From positions 1 to 27,009 of the forward strand of contig JALUCS010000117.1 of NCBI GenBank assembly GCA_027050205.1: 27,009 nucleotides of DNA. Reading direction: 5' to 3'. A program made the position numbers and the translations under genes. Source of the DNA: a candidate division WOR-3 bacterium. Its GTDB lineage: Bacteria > Hydrothermota > Hydrothermia > LBFQ01. The notes beneath the pieces are model-generated. The model was not told the origin of the DNA, made no database searches, and was given only the letters and a program-made list of their open reading frames with translations. This document shows positions 1 through 11,280 of this stretch, piece by piece (the stretch's first letter is position 1; each line of letters begins with the position of its first letter).

Positions 1-1619
<1,619 letters not shown>

Positions 1620-3533
1620 CTACCGGACTATTACGACCTTCTCAACCCTGCCCCTCCCGACGCAGAAGTAAGCCCCTCTGCCCCTCGGCTCCACCCTGCG
1701 ACCGGAGACGTCGTAGTACGTGGAGCATCTTCCCGGCCCTTCAACCGGCCTTGAGGATACGCTAAGGGGTAGCCGGAAGCGGAAGGCGTGGACCCCCGCC
1801 ATACGGAAGAGGGCGTAGATGTGGCCGTCGTGGAGCTTTATGGGGTCGGTTGCTGCAGTCTCAAGGAAGTTGTTCAGGTTCGCCTGATAGGAGTAATATC
1901 CGAGGAGGTCAAGGGTGCTGGCCCTGTAAGCCCTGACGTACCCTCCGGGGCTTCCGAGGACGAAGACGTAGTCGTACGCACCGTCCACGTAGGTGCCGGA
2001 GATGTCGGAAACGTGTACGGGGGATGAGGGGTCGGAGACATCGTAGACCTTGACCATATCGGAGGCTACCCCAACGAAGAGGAGGGTGTCGTACAGGTAC
2101 GCATCCCTGACGTTTGAGAGGCCGAGGGAGGAGAGGAAAGCGGGGGCGGAAGGGTCCGTTATATCGTAGAGGGCGTCCCCGACGACCAACAGGTTCCCCC
2201 GTACTGACAGCGGGCCTCCAGCGGGAAGGGTGGAGAGGAGGTAGGGGGCGGAAGGGTCGGATACGGAGATGACGTAAGCGGAGGAGGGGGAGGAGAGTAG
2301 TAGGAGGGTATCCCTAGCGGCGAGCCACGTACCACCCACAGGTAGGGAGGACAGGAAGGTGGGGTTCAGGGGGTCGGCTATGGAGTAAATCTTCAGCGTA
2401 TCACCGGGGAGGAAGAGGAGGGTGTCCAGGGCCATCAGGTTCCCCGGAAGGCCCGTCCTGAAACCGGCTATGCACCTCTCCCGCCTTACGATGTGGGGGT
2501 CGCTAACGTCCAAGATGCAGAGGCTGTCCGGGTAGCCCACGTAGTATAGATGGTTCCCGCTGAAGGTTATGGAGGACATGGGAATCGCCGGGTTGTATGT
2601 CGCCAGCCTGATGCTGCCCTTGAGGATGGCCAACCTCCTCACCGAGTCCACTATCCCGAAGAGGAAGACCGTATCGCCCAAGAGGTCCACCGCAAAGCCC
2701 ATCCCTACGACCGTAGTATCAAAGGCCACCGTGGAGTCAAGGGAGGGGACGGCCGGATCGGACAGGTCTATGAAGTCCAGGTTCCCGTCGTACCGGTAGG
2801 CTCCCACCAACAGGCCGTTCCCCGCCTTCATGCTGCTGTAAGGGGTAAGGAGTACGCCGTAGGTCCGACTTAAGGTGCTTACATCGTAGGCCTCAAGCCC
2901 ACCGTAGGAGTACGAGAGGTAGAGGTAGTTTCCGTAGGAGGCGGAGGATAGGACGTCCTGGACAGGCACCTTGGCCAGAACCGTAGGGGAGGAGGGGTCG
3001 GAGAGGTCAAGGGCTATAAGGGTATCCCCTTCGGAGGTCAGGTCGGTTATGGCTACGGCCGTATCCCCGTAGAGATGCACCGTACTTATGGGCGATGGGT
3101 AGGTGAATACCGGGGAGAGGGAACTGTCAAAGACCGTAAGGCCGCAGGTGGAGGAGAGGAGGACGTACCCCCTGTGGAGGGCGATGTCCTTGGCTATGCC
3201 GCACGGGGAGTTCCAGAGGGAGACCCTCGTAGGGTGGAGGGGGTCGGAGACGTCCCAGACCTCGTACCCGAACCTTCCCGTGGCGACGTATAGCCTGTCG
3301 CCGTAGAACTTGGCCGAAAGGACCGTACCACGGGTGTGTATCGTAGAGAGTTTGGCCGGCTCGTAGGGGTTGGAGACGTCCATCACCTCAACTGCCCCAC
3401 CGAAGGGGACGAAGGCGAGCCTCCTGTCCGGTACTACGAGCTGGGTGTAGGGAGAAACGGGGGCTATGCCGTAGGCGTACGCCCCTACGAAGGTGGCGTT
3501 CAGAGAGTCTATGACGCCAATTAAGGTGAGCAT
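1620..3533 (-). CDS. Secreted LVIVD-repeat beta-propeller protein with T9SS-like C-terminal domain
   Basis: Many (V/I)xDVSDPxxP repeats; C-terminus YYDVSGRRV...GAYF...KVVIVR; strong SD AAGGAGGT upstream of ATG 3533. Confidence 0.85.
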   Translation of the reverse strand: MLTLIGVIDSLNATFVGAYAYGIAPVSPYTQLVVPDRRLAFVPFGGAVEVMDVSNPYEPAKLSTIHTRGTVLSAKFYGDRLYVATGRFGYEVWDVSDPLHPTRVSLWNSPCGIAKDIALHRGYVLLSSTCGLTVFDSSLSPVFTYPSPISTVHLYGDTAVAITDLTSEGDTLIALDLSDPSSPTVLAKVPVQDVLSSASYGNYLYLSYSYGGLEAYDVSTLSRTYGVLLTPYSSMKAGNGLLVGAYRYDGNLDFIDLSDPAVPSLDSTVAFDTTVVGMGFAVDLLGDTVFLFGIVDSVRRLAILKGSIRLATYNPAIPMSSITFSGNHLYYVGYPDSLCILDVSDPHIVRRERCIAGFRTGLPGNLMALDTLLFLPGDTLKIYSIADPLNPTFLSSLPVGGTWLAARDTLLLLSSPSSAYVISVSDPSAPYLLSTLPAGGPLSVRGNLLVVGDALYDITDPSAPAFLSSLGLSNVRDAYLYDTLLFVGVASDMVKVYDVSDPSSPVHVSDISGTYVDGAYDYVFVLGSPGGYVRAYRASTLDLLGYYSYQANLNNFLETAATDPIKLHDGHIYALFRMAGVHAFRFRLPLSVSSRPVEGPGRCSTYYDVSGRRVEPRGRGAYFCVGRGRVEKVVIVR

Positions 3534-3909
3534 ACCTTTACCTCCTTTTAATGCGGCCTAAGAGGGAATTTTAAGGTAGGTAAGAGAGATACACCTATCC
3601 GACACCTGACGTATTCGGATGTCCATCGGGGCGAGCGTAAATTCAAAAACCGAAAGTAAGGCTTTAGAAAACTGAAACTCACACTTCAATAAGCTGAAAA
3701 CTGCACTTCAAGATTCTTGTACCCCTGATGACGAATTTTGAACCCCATCCCATATGTCCCCTTTGGAAGGTTGAAACTAACCTTCAGGGAGTACGAAGTG
3801 CGATTGACGGAAACTTTGACACCTGTGATGCGGGGAATTTCTGTAAAGGCTGAACACCTCCGTAGCCTGCAGGGATAACGGGGGCCGCTTCCGGTATAGA
3901 ATCCCTCCT

Positions 3910-5010
3910 ATGACTTGGAAGAGGATCCTTGAGCTGCGGAAACTCTGGAGCAAGAAGTACGACGCGTACCTCCTGTACAAACCCGAAGCGTGGATATCCT
4001 CCGACATCCGCTACATAACCGGCTTCACGGGGTCTACGGCCGCCTTCCTCCAGACGAAGAGGAGAAACTTCGTATTCGTAGACTTCCGCTACAAGACCCA
4101 GATCCGCCAGGAGGCCCACGAGGGGATAACGATCGTTGATGTGCCTCCGGGTAAGGGCCTGCTTGAGGTCCTGGCCGAGAAGCTAACCTCCCTAAAGGTG
4201 AAGTCCGTAGCCGTTGAGGGGAACGTCCCCGCCTCCTTCCTCAAGGCCCTCAAGAAGGAAACGGCCGGGAAGGGCCTCCGGTACAACGTCGTCTCCGGCC
4301 TCGTCTCCAAACTCCGTACGGTGAAGGACAGGGGGGAGATAGGGAAGATAAGGAAGGCGCAGGAGCTTACGGATGCCCTTTTTGAATGGGTCCTGAACGC
4401 CATAGAGCCGGGGAAGATGACGGAGAAGGACCTGGCCTTTGAGATGGAGGTATGGGCGAGGAGGAACGGGGCGGAGGGGATGGCCTTCGCCCCCATAGTG
4501 GCCGGGAACGAGAGGTCGGCAATGCCCCACGCCAGGCCGACGGACAACCCCATACCCACCGAGGGGGTCCTACTCCTGGACTTCGGCCTCCGGGTGGACG
4601 GGTACGTCTCGGATATGACCCGGACGATTTGGATAGGGAACTCCGTCCCCTCCGACTTTAAAAAGGCCTACGAGGTGGTCTTGGAGGCCCAGAGGCGGGC
4701 CATAGAGAAGCTAGCTTTCAGCCGTCCCGTACCCGCCAAGGAGGTGGATGCGGCCGCCCGTGAGTACATAGAGGGGAGCGACTTCAAGGGTACCTTTGGC
4801 CACGGTCTCGGCCACGGGATAGGGATGGACGTCCACGAGGCCCCCGCCCTTAACCCCAAGTCCAAGTACGTCCTGAAGGGTGGGGAGGTGGTTACGGTTG
4901 AGCCGGGGGTATACCTTGAGGGGAAGTTCGGGGTCAGGATTGAGGACATAGTGGTGGCCGGGAAGGGTGAGAACCTGACCCGCTCTCCGAAGGAGCTGAT
5001 AAAACTGTAG
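3910..5010 (+). CDS. Xaa-Pro aminopeptidase/dipeptidase (M24B, PepP/PepQ-like)
   Basis: RYITGFTGS and DFRY N-domain; metal-site motifs AMPH, LLDFG, SDMTRT, HGLGHGIG, VHE, TVEPG, GVRIED. Confidence 0.95.
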   Translation: MTWKRILELRKLWSKKYDAYLLYKPEAWISSDIRYITGFTGSTAAFLQTKRRNFVFVDFRYKTQIRQEAHEGITIVDVPPGKGLLEVLAEKLTSLKVKSVAVEGNVPASFLKALKKETAGKGLRYNVVSGLVSKLRTVKDRGEIGKIRKAQELTDALFEWVLNAIEPGKMTEKDLAFEMEVWARRNGAEGMAFAPIVAGNERSAMPHARPTDNPIPTEGVLLLDFGLRVDGYVSDMTRTIWIGNSVPSDFKKAYEVVLEAQRRAIEKLAFSRPVPAKEVDAAAREYIEGSDFKGTFGHGLGHGIGMDVHEAPALNPKSKYVLKGGEVVTVEPGVYLEGKFGVRIEDIVVAGKGENLTRSPKELIKL

Positions 5011-5050
5011 GGGCCGTGGAGGGGGCGTTTCCCCAGTATAATCCCCGGTT

Positions 5051-5998
5051 TTGAAGAGGACGGTAGATTTCATAGGGAAGCACGGTAGGGTCGTGGTAGT
5101 GTCCCACATAAGGCCGGACGGGGATGCTGTGGGGAGCGTTCTCGGTCTCACCAACTTCCTCCGGAACGTGGGGATAGAGGCCTACCCCGTACTCAAACAC
5201 GGAGTCCCCACGGTCTTCCAGTTCGTCCCCGGAGCGGAGGGGGTACTTACCGACCTCCCCGACGGCGACTTGTACGTCCTCGTGGATGCCAGCGAATGGG
5301 AGAGGACGGGCTTTGAGAGGCCCGACGCCCCCATAGTGCGGTTTGACCACCACCTCACGGGAGAGAGGTACTCCCACTACGACCTCTTGGATCCGGAGGC
5401 CCCCAGCGCCACTTCCCTTATCCTCCAGTTCCTCCGCACATGGGACGAGAGAGCCATAGACCCGACGGTAGCCCTCCCCCTCTACACAGGTCTGCTTACG
5501 GACACCGGAGGATTCAAGAACAGGGAGGGGACGAGGGCCTTTGAGGATGCCATATACCTCATAAACCGGGGGGTGAATCCGAGGAAGGTGGCGGAGTTGA
5601 TCTTCCGCGAGAAGCCGATAGAGATGTACCGTCTCCTCTCCCTCGCCCTCAAGACCCTCAAGGTGGTGGAGGACGGTAAGGTGGCCTACATGGTCGTCCG
5701 GAGGGAGTTCTTTGAGGAGGTGGGGGCAACGAGGGAGCATTCCGAGGGCTTCGTTGAGTACCCCCTCTCCATAAAGGGCGTGATAGTGGCCATGAAGGTG
5801 GAGTGGGACCCGGAGGGGTACTGGAAGGTGGGCTTGAGGAGCAAGGACGGCGGGCCGAACGTGGCCGCTATAGCCGAGAAGTTCGGTGGAGGGGGACACT
5901 ACTTCTCCGCCGGGTGCCGCATATTCGGAGAGGAGGAGGAGGTGATAGAGGCTCTCCTAAGCGAGATACGGAAGGCCCTTCACAGCACCGTCTCGTAG
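5051..5998 (+). CDS. nrnA: DHH/DHHA1 phosphoesterase (oligoribonuclease/pAp phosphatase NrnA)
   Basis: HIRPDGDAVGS, VD, FDHH, TDTGGF, LRS and GGGGH motifs. Confidence 0.92.
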   Translation: MKRTVDFIGKHGRVVVVSHIRPDGDAVGSVLGLTNFLRNVGIEAYPVLKHGVPTVFQFVPGAEGVLTDLPDGDLYVLVDASEWERTGFERPDAPIVRFDHHLTGERYSHYDLLDPEAPSATSLILQFLRTWDERAIDPTVALPLYTGLLTDTGGFKNREGTRAFEDAIYLINRGVNPRKVAELIFREKPIEMYRLLSLALKTLKVVEDGKVAYMVVRREFFEEVGATREHSEGFVEYPLSIKGVIVAMKVEWDPEGYWKVGLRSKDGGPNVAAIAEKFGGGGHYFSAGCRIFGEEEEVIEALLSEIRKALHSTVS

Positions 5999-5999
5999 C

Positions 6000-6992
6000 A
6001 TGGGAAGGTACCGGTTCATAGACAGGCTCTCCATCATCGTTGAGGGAGGGAAGGGGGGAGACGGGGCCATACACTTCCGTAGGGAGAAGTACGTCCCCAA
6101 AGGCGGACCCGATGGCGGGGACGGCGGCCGCGGGGGGAACGTCTATCTGGTGGGGGACAGGGGCCTCTTCTCCCTCCTTGACCTCAAGTACAAGAGGTAC
6201 TACAAGGCGGAGGACGGTCAGCCGGCGAGAGGGGACCTGAACGGACGGAAGGGGAGGGACCTGTACCTGCGGGTACCCCTCGGCACGGTCGCGATAGACG
6301 AGGATACGGGGGAGGTTCTGGGGGAGATAGTGGAACACGGCCAGGCTCTCCTGGTCGCCAGAGGTGGGAAGGGGGGACTGGGAAACCGCCACTTCGCCAC
6401 GCCAACGGACAGGTCCCCCTCCAAACGCACCCTCGGTGAGCCGGGGGAGAGGAGGAGGCTCCGGTTGGAGCTGAAACTCATAGCCGACGTCGGCCTCGTG
6501 GGCTTCCCTAACGCCGGAAAGACCACCCTCCTGAACGCCCTGAGCGGCACGTCCGCCAAGGTGGGGCATTGGGAGTTCACCACCCTGACGCCCAACCTCG
6601 GGGTCCTCTACACCCCCTACTGCCGCATCGTGATAGGGGACGTACCGGGGATAATTGAGGGGGCGAGCGAGGGGAGGGGGCTGGGGTTGGAGTTCTTAAG
6701 GCACATCTCAAGGGTGAAGGTCCTCCTCTTCGTCCTTGACGGCACCCGCGACCCGGAAGGGCAGTACGAAGCCCTCCTCTCCGAACTCTCCTCCTACGAC
6801 CCCGACCTCTTAAACAGGCCGAGGATAGTCGTCCTGAACAAGATAGACCTGTTGGACTCCCTCCCGGACCTACCCTTTGATTACCTGCCCGTAAGCGCCA
6901 AGACCGGGGAGGGGTTGGAGGAGCTGAAGAGGGTCCTGATGAGGACGGTCTGCCCCCTGAAGACGGAGAGGAAAGTTGAGGATAAGGGTTGA
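6000..6992 (+). CDS. obgE: GTPase Obg/CgtA, short form without a long C-terminal domain
   Basis: Gly-rich Obg fold (FRREKYVPKGGPDGGDGGRGG); G1 GFPNAGKTT, FTTLTPN, DVPG, NKID, SAK. Confidence 0.97.
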   Translation: MGRYRFIDRLSIIVEGGKGGDGAIHFRREKYVPKGGPDGGDGGRGGNVYLVGDRGLFSLLDLKYKRYYKAEDGQPARGDLNGRKGRDLYLRVPLGTVAIDEDTGEVLGEIVEHGQALLVARGGKGGLGNRHFATPTDRSPSKRTLGEPGERRRLRLELKLIADVGLVGFPNAGKTTLLNALSGTSAKVGHWEFTTLTPNLGVLYTPYCRIVIGDVPGIIEGASEGRGLGLEFLRHISRVKVLLFVLDGTRDPEGQYEALLSELSSYDPDLLNRPRIVVLNKIDLLDSLPDLPFDYLPVSAKTGEGLEELKRVLMRTVCPLKTERKVEDKG

Positions 6993-7599
6993 AGGGCTGA
7001 AGAAGGCCTACGGCGGAAGGGTGGTCCTGCACATCCCGAAGTTGGAGATGGGGACGGGCAGGTACATAATAAGGGGACCGAACGGCTCCGGTAAGAGTAC
7101 CTTCCTCAAGATACTCGCCGGGATAGTGCGTCCCACGGAGGGGGAGGTGAGGGTCCTCGGCGGGGACCCTTTCAAAGACCTACGGATCCGGCGGCGGATA
7201 GCCTTCGTGGGCCACAGGACGGGCCTGATAGAGGACCTGAACGGCCGGGAGAACGCCGTACTCTTCCTGTGCGGCCTCTTCTCGTGTCGTAAGGTAGGGC
7301 GATTCCTCGCCCTCGCCGAGAGGTTGAAGGTGATAGACGTCCTAAACAGACCGGTAAGGACCTACTCCCGCGGGGAGAGGACGAAGGTATCCGTGGCCAT
7401 AGCCCTCGCCTCTGGAAAGGAGGTGGTCCTCTTGGACGAGCCTTTCGCTCCCTTGGACCCTCCTTCCAGGGAGGTCCTATCCGAACTCGTAATGGCCGTT
7501 GAGGGGACGGTCGTCCTAACCGCCCATGGGGACATACCGCCTCTAAACGGGGAAACGATTACATTCCCCGCCCATCACGGCTGGAGTTCCGGCGTATAA
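6976..7599 (+). CDS. ABC transporter ATP-binding protein, CcmA-like; no permease in the window
   Basis: Walker A GPNGSGKST, signature YSRGE, Walker B LLDEP, H-loop TAH; overlaps the end of obgE. Confidence 0.85.
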   Translation: MRIRVEGLKKAYGGRVVLHIPKLEMGTGRYIIRGPNGSGKSTFLKILAGIVRPTEGEVRVLGGDPFKDLRIRRRIAFVGHRTGLIEDLNGRENAVLFLCGLFSCRKVGRFLALAERLKVIDVLNRPVRTYSRGERTKVSVAIALASGKEVVLLDEPFAPLDPPSREVLSELVMAVEGTVVLTAHGDIPPLNGETITFPAHHGWSSGV

Positions 7600-7609
7600 T
7601 ACAGCCACC

Positions 7610-10387
7610 ATGATGATGTTTTTGAGCGCGGCGTTGATAGAGCCGCAGTTGGAGGCGAAGTTGAGTGGGGCTGCTCCCGACCAGAAGTTCAAAGTGATCG
7701 TCTATCTCAAAGAGCAGCCCGACTACGAAGGCTTCCTTAGGATGTACCCCGCCAAGTCCCACAGGAGCCGCCAGGTCCTGAAGTCCTTCTTCCAAAGCGT
7801 CAAGGACCTCGCCAACCGTACCCAGCCCGCCGTAGTGGCCCGCCTTGAGGCCCTCGGCATAACGAAGTACAAGAGGTTCTGGATCCGCAATATGATAGCC
7901 TTTGAGGCTACTGCCGAGCAGATAAGGGCCCTCGCATCCGATCCCAACATAGACCGCATAGCCGAGGACAAGCAGATCTTCCTGAAGCCCCTCGCCCGTC
8001 CGAGGGACCCTGCCGACATAACCCCCGACGCCGTCGCCTGGGGTGTGAGGAAGATAATGGCCGACTCCGTCTGGATCAACCTCGGCATAGACGGGAGCGG
8101 TGTCCTCGTCGGTTCTATGGACTCCGGCGTCATGGCCTCCCACCCTGCCCTCAACGGTAAGGTGGTCCTTTGGTACGACGCCTACGGTGGCTCCTCAACG
8201 CCTACGGACGAGTCTAGCTGCTACTACCACGGTACCCATACCACGGGGACCATACTCGGTGGGGATGGCCTCGGTTCCTTCTCCGAGGACATAGGCGTTG
8301 CACCGGGCGCCCACATTGCTATGGTGCGTATATTCGGAGGTTCTGGATGCGGTACCTACCTCTCCACCATCCACGACGGTTTCCAGATGATCACCAGTTG
8401 GAAGGTGGACAGTGGCTACAACATAGTCGCCGTGAACAACTCCTGGGGTAGCTCTTCCACCACCAGTACCGAGTTCTGGGACGACGTCCTCGCCTGGCGC
8501 TCGGCCAACATCATTCCCGTCTTCTCCATCGGGAACAGCGGTCCCGGTGGCGGTACGGCCGGTACCCCCGGAAACTTCCCTACGGTCATAGGCGTGGGTG
8601 CCACGGACAACAGCGACAACATAGCCAACTTCTCCTCCCGCGGCCCGGCTCCCAACTCCAGCCCCTGGAACAACACCTCCTACTGGCCTCGCAGCGACTG
8701 GAACTACATTAAGCCCAACATCTCCGCTCCCGGCGTCAACGTCTACTCCTCCTACGGTTCCTCCGGCTACACCACTATGGACGGTACCTCCATGGCCTCC
8801 CCTCACGTGACGGGTGCCATAGCCCTACTCTTCCAGAGGAACTCCTCCCTGGACTTCTCCACCGTCTATAACCTCCTTCTGGACTACTCTGATCATTACG
8901 GGGACTGCGCCTCCTACCCCAACAACAACTGCGGTTGGGGCCGTCTGAACGTCTGGAACGCCATTCAGCACGTACCCACCACCACGGACCCCTACCTCGT
9001 AGCTAACAGCATAACCGTGGATGATGCCGCCGGCAACAACAACGGCATAATGGACCCCGGCGAGACGGTGGATATAATCGTTGCCCTCCAGAACACCGGT
9101 GGAGCGGACGCCAACAGCACCTCCGCCACCCTCTCCACCTCCAGCCCCTACGTTACCATCACGGACAACTCCTCCTTCTACGGAACCATAGCCGTATCCT
9201 CCACGGTTGATAACTCCTCCGACCCCTTCACCGTGCAGGTCAGTCCCACGGCCCTCGTGGGTATGAGCGTACCCTTTGAGATGTACGTAACGGCCAACGG
9301 AGGCAGCTACGTTGATACCATACGCTTCAACCTGACCATAGGCACCCCCATAGACCTTATAACCATAGACACCGGCACGGCCACCCTAAGCATAAGCGCG
9401 ACCACCGGTGGTATAGGCTGGGACAGCCCGGATCACACCTCCGGTGTCGGTTTCATCTTCCCGGAGGGTGGAAGCAACCTCCTCTACTACGGTGGCGTGG
9501 CCTTCGGAAACGCTCCTAACTACGTCCCCGACTCCTGGTACGATGGCGGAGACCTCGCCCGCTACTGGGGTGGGACCATGCGCACTACCCCCCTCTACGG
9601 GGATCAGAACGGTGCCGCCGGGTGGAGCGATGCCGGCCACTCCTCCCCAAGGGGTATAAGGCTGGATCTGGACGCCTACGCCTACGACGACTACAGGCCC
9701 AACTGGGTCTTCCTCCGCTACAAGCTGATAAACGAGGGTAGCTCTACGGTTAGCAACCTCTACATCGGCGTCTTCGCCGACTTTGACGTTATGTCCAGCG
9801 ATTACAACGACGATTACGTGGGTGTAGACTCCTCCCTCAACCTCGTCTATATCTACGACCCCGATCAACCCTATGGTGCCGGTGTAGCCCTCGTAGACCC
9901 CACCACTCCCGCCAACCTTAGCGCCATAGACAACAACACCTACGTATACAGCGGAACACCCGACTCCGTCAAGTGGAAGTTCCTCAACGGCACCCTCCAC
10001 CAGACCGGTACCTCCGCCGCCGACTACTCCGTGGTTGCCTCGGCTGGTCCCTTCACCCTCGCCCCCGGCGATACCCAGACCGTAACCTTCGCCCTCGTTG
10101 GATACTCGCCCTCTACGGACGTCAAAGAGGCCCTCGCTAAGGTCGTACCTCCTAAGGTCTCCATCCTCCCCACTGCCAAGGGTGCCGTGATAGAGGTCAC
10201 CTCCCCCGCCGATGTACCCATCAAGGTGGACGTCTTCTCACCCAACGGTAAGCTCCTCAAGAGGCTCTTCTCCGGCAAACCCGACGGCAAGCTCACCCTG
10301 AAGACCGGAACCCTACCTTCCGGAGTCTACGTCCTTAGGGTAAGTACGGGCTTCCGTACGACCTTCACCAAGTTCATTGTGCGCTAA
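7610..10387 (+). CDS. Secreted S8 (subtilisin-family) serine protease with propeptide, Ig-like domains and T9SS-like C-terminal domain
   Basis: Catalytic triad motifs MDSG, HGTHTTG, GTSMASPHV; NNNGIMDPGETV domain; C-terminus VFSPNGKLL...LPSGVYVLRV...KFIVR. Confidence 0.95.
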   Translation: MMMFLSAALIEPQLEAKLSGAAPDQKFKVIVYLKEQPDYEGFLRMYPAKSHRSRQVLKSFFQSVKDLANRTQPAVVARLEALGITKYKRFWIRNMIAFEATAEQIRALASDPNIDRIAEDKQIFLKPLARPRDPADITPDAVAWGVRKIMADSVWINLGIDGSGVLVGSMDSGVMASHPALNGKVVLWYDAYGGSSTPTDESSCYYHGTHTTGTILGGDGLGSFSEDIGVAPGAHIAMVRIFGGSGCGTYLSTIHDGFQMITSWKVDSGYNIVAVNNSWGSSSTTSTEFWDDVLAWRSANIIPVFSIGNSGPGGGTAGTPGNFPTVIGVGATDNSDNIANFSSRGPAPNSSPWNNTSYWPRSDWNYIKPNISAPGVNVYSSYGSSGYTTMDGTSMASPHVTGAIALLFQRNSSLDFSTVYNLLLDYSDHYGDCASYPNNNCGWGRLNVWNAIQHVPTTTDPYLVANSITVDDAAGNNNGIMDPGETVDIIVALQNTGGADANSTSATLSTSSPYVTITDNSSFYGTIAVSSTVDNSSDPFTVQVSPTALVGMSVPFEMYVTANGGSYVDTIRFNLTIGTPIDLITIDTGTATLSISATTGGIGWDSPDHTSGVGFIFPEGGSNLLYYGGVAFGNAPNYVPDSWYDGGDLARYWGGTMRTTPLYGDQNGAAGWSDAGHSSPRGIRLDLDAYAYDDYRPNWVFLRYKLINEGSSTVSNLYIGVFADFDVMSSDYNDDYVGVDSSLNLVYIYDPDQPYGAGVALVDPTTPANLSAIDNNTYVYSGTPDSVKWKFLNGTLHQTGTSAADYSVVASAGPFTLAPGDTQTVTFALVGYSPSTDVKEALAKVVPPKVSILPTAKGAVIEVTSPADVPIKVDVFSPNGKLLKRLFSGKPDGKLTLKTGTLPSGVYVLRVSTGFRTTFTKFIVR

Positions 10388-10406
10388 AGAGGTTCTACGT
10401 TTCAAC

Positions 10407-10432
10407 GGGGGGCGAAAACGCCCCCCTTTTTT
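10407..10432 (+). terminator. Intrinsic terminator after the protease
   Basis: GGGGGGCG-AAAA-CGCCCCCC hairpin followed by TTTTTT. Confidence 0.9.
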
Positions 10433-10598
10433 ATGTGTATGTAATGCCCTTCTTGATTTATGGAGATGTAGGAGACATATTCGGCTGATAGAGCGATATC
10501 CCTTCAGGAGATTGGCAAAGGGAAGGGTATTATGCCAATAGAATACCGTCTTACGCTTACGGATTCATATAGAGCATAATTGAAGAGTTCGAATTGCA

Positions 10599-10991
10599 CT
10601 ATCGTACCGTTTTAACCGTTCCCTTTATACATCCGTGGTTGTGAATTATCAGACCTGCCCTTCCCGTGTAAGAAACCGTGCATTGAACGTTGTATGGAGG
10701 TTGGAAGGCGTTTATCAGGACGCATTCTATGTCCCTCACTAGCTGCTTGGTAATCCGTCCGTAGGTGGTACCGGTGATGTAGCCCAAACATATCTGGAGA
10801 CCGTAGGAAGTTAGACCCAGACGGTTTATAGTCCTTCTAACCTCGTCGCTCACGTTTTGGTAATAGGCTATGCCGATGTACAGGACATTTCTGCCTCTCC
10901 GGAAGGCATAAAAGTAAGCGTCCGGCGCGTATGTAAGGTCGGATAGGGACATCTTTTCCCACGTTATCCATACCTCTCCACCTTTGTTCAT
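10599..10991 (-). CDS. Small GIY-YIG nuclease-superfamily protein
   Basis: YFY-x9-YIG (YFYAFRRGRNVLYIG) and the C-terminal IECVLINAFQPPYN (ExxLI...PxYN) motif; SD GGAGGT before the ATG. Confidence 0.65.
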   Translation of the reverse strand: MNKGGEVWITWEKMSLSDLTYAPDAYFYAFRRGRNVLYIGIAYYQNVSDEVRRTINRLGLTSYGLQICLGYITGTTYGRITKQLVRDIECVLINAFQPPYNVQCTVSYTGRAGLIIHNHGCIKGTVKTVR

Positions 10992-11085
10992 ATTACCTCC
11001 GTTTCCGGAGGGTATTGTAAGGCCGCTACCTCTCCCTATGAAGTTTGTGCGATAATATCCTTGAGATGGAGTGTAAACAAAAAAA

Positions 11086-11117
11086 GCAGGTAGCGTGGGG
11101 AAGTGAGGCGACGAAAT
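11086..11117. repeat. 3' arm of the perfect 32-bp inverted repeat enclosing the 23S rRNA (helix 1 plus processing stem)
   Basis: GCAGGTAGCGTGGGGAAGTGAGGCGACGAAAT is the exact reverse complement of 14828-14859. Confidence 0.95.
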
Positions 11118-11249
11118 CCTCGGGCTATTGGAACCGCTCGGCTCAACCCCTTGCGGGGCTTACACCTGCGGCCCATCTACCGGGTAGTCTCCCCGGGCCC
11201 TTACTCCAGAGTCCGAAGACTCTGGATGGGACGCCTTATCTTGGGGTCC

Positions 11250-11280
<31 letters not shown>

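Noticed and set aside
3871..3884. AGGGATAACGGGGG, resembling an I-SceI site or the 23S GGGGATAACAGG motif
   Set aside because: Short partial match with no flanking similarity; compatible with chance.
10992..11085. Possible 5S rRNA after the 23S
   Set aside because: Under 100 nt before the next ORF and no 5S motifs or terminal helix.
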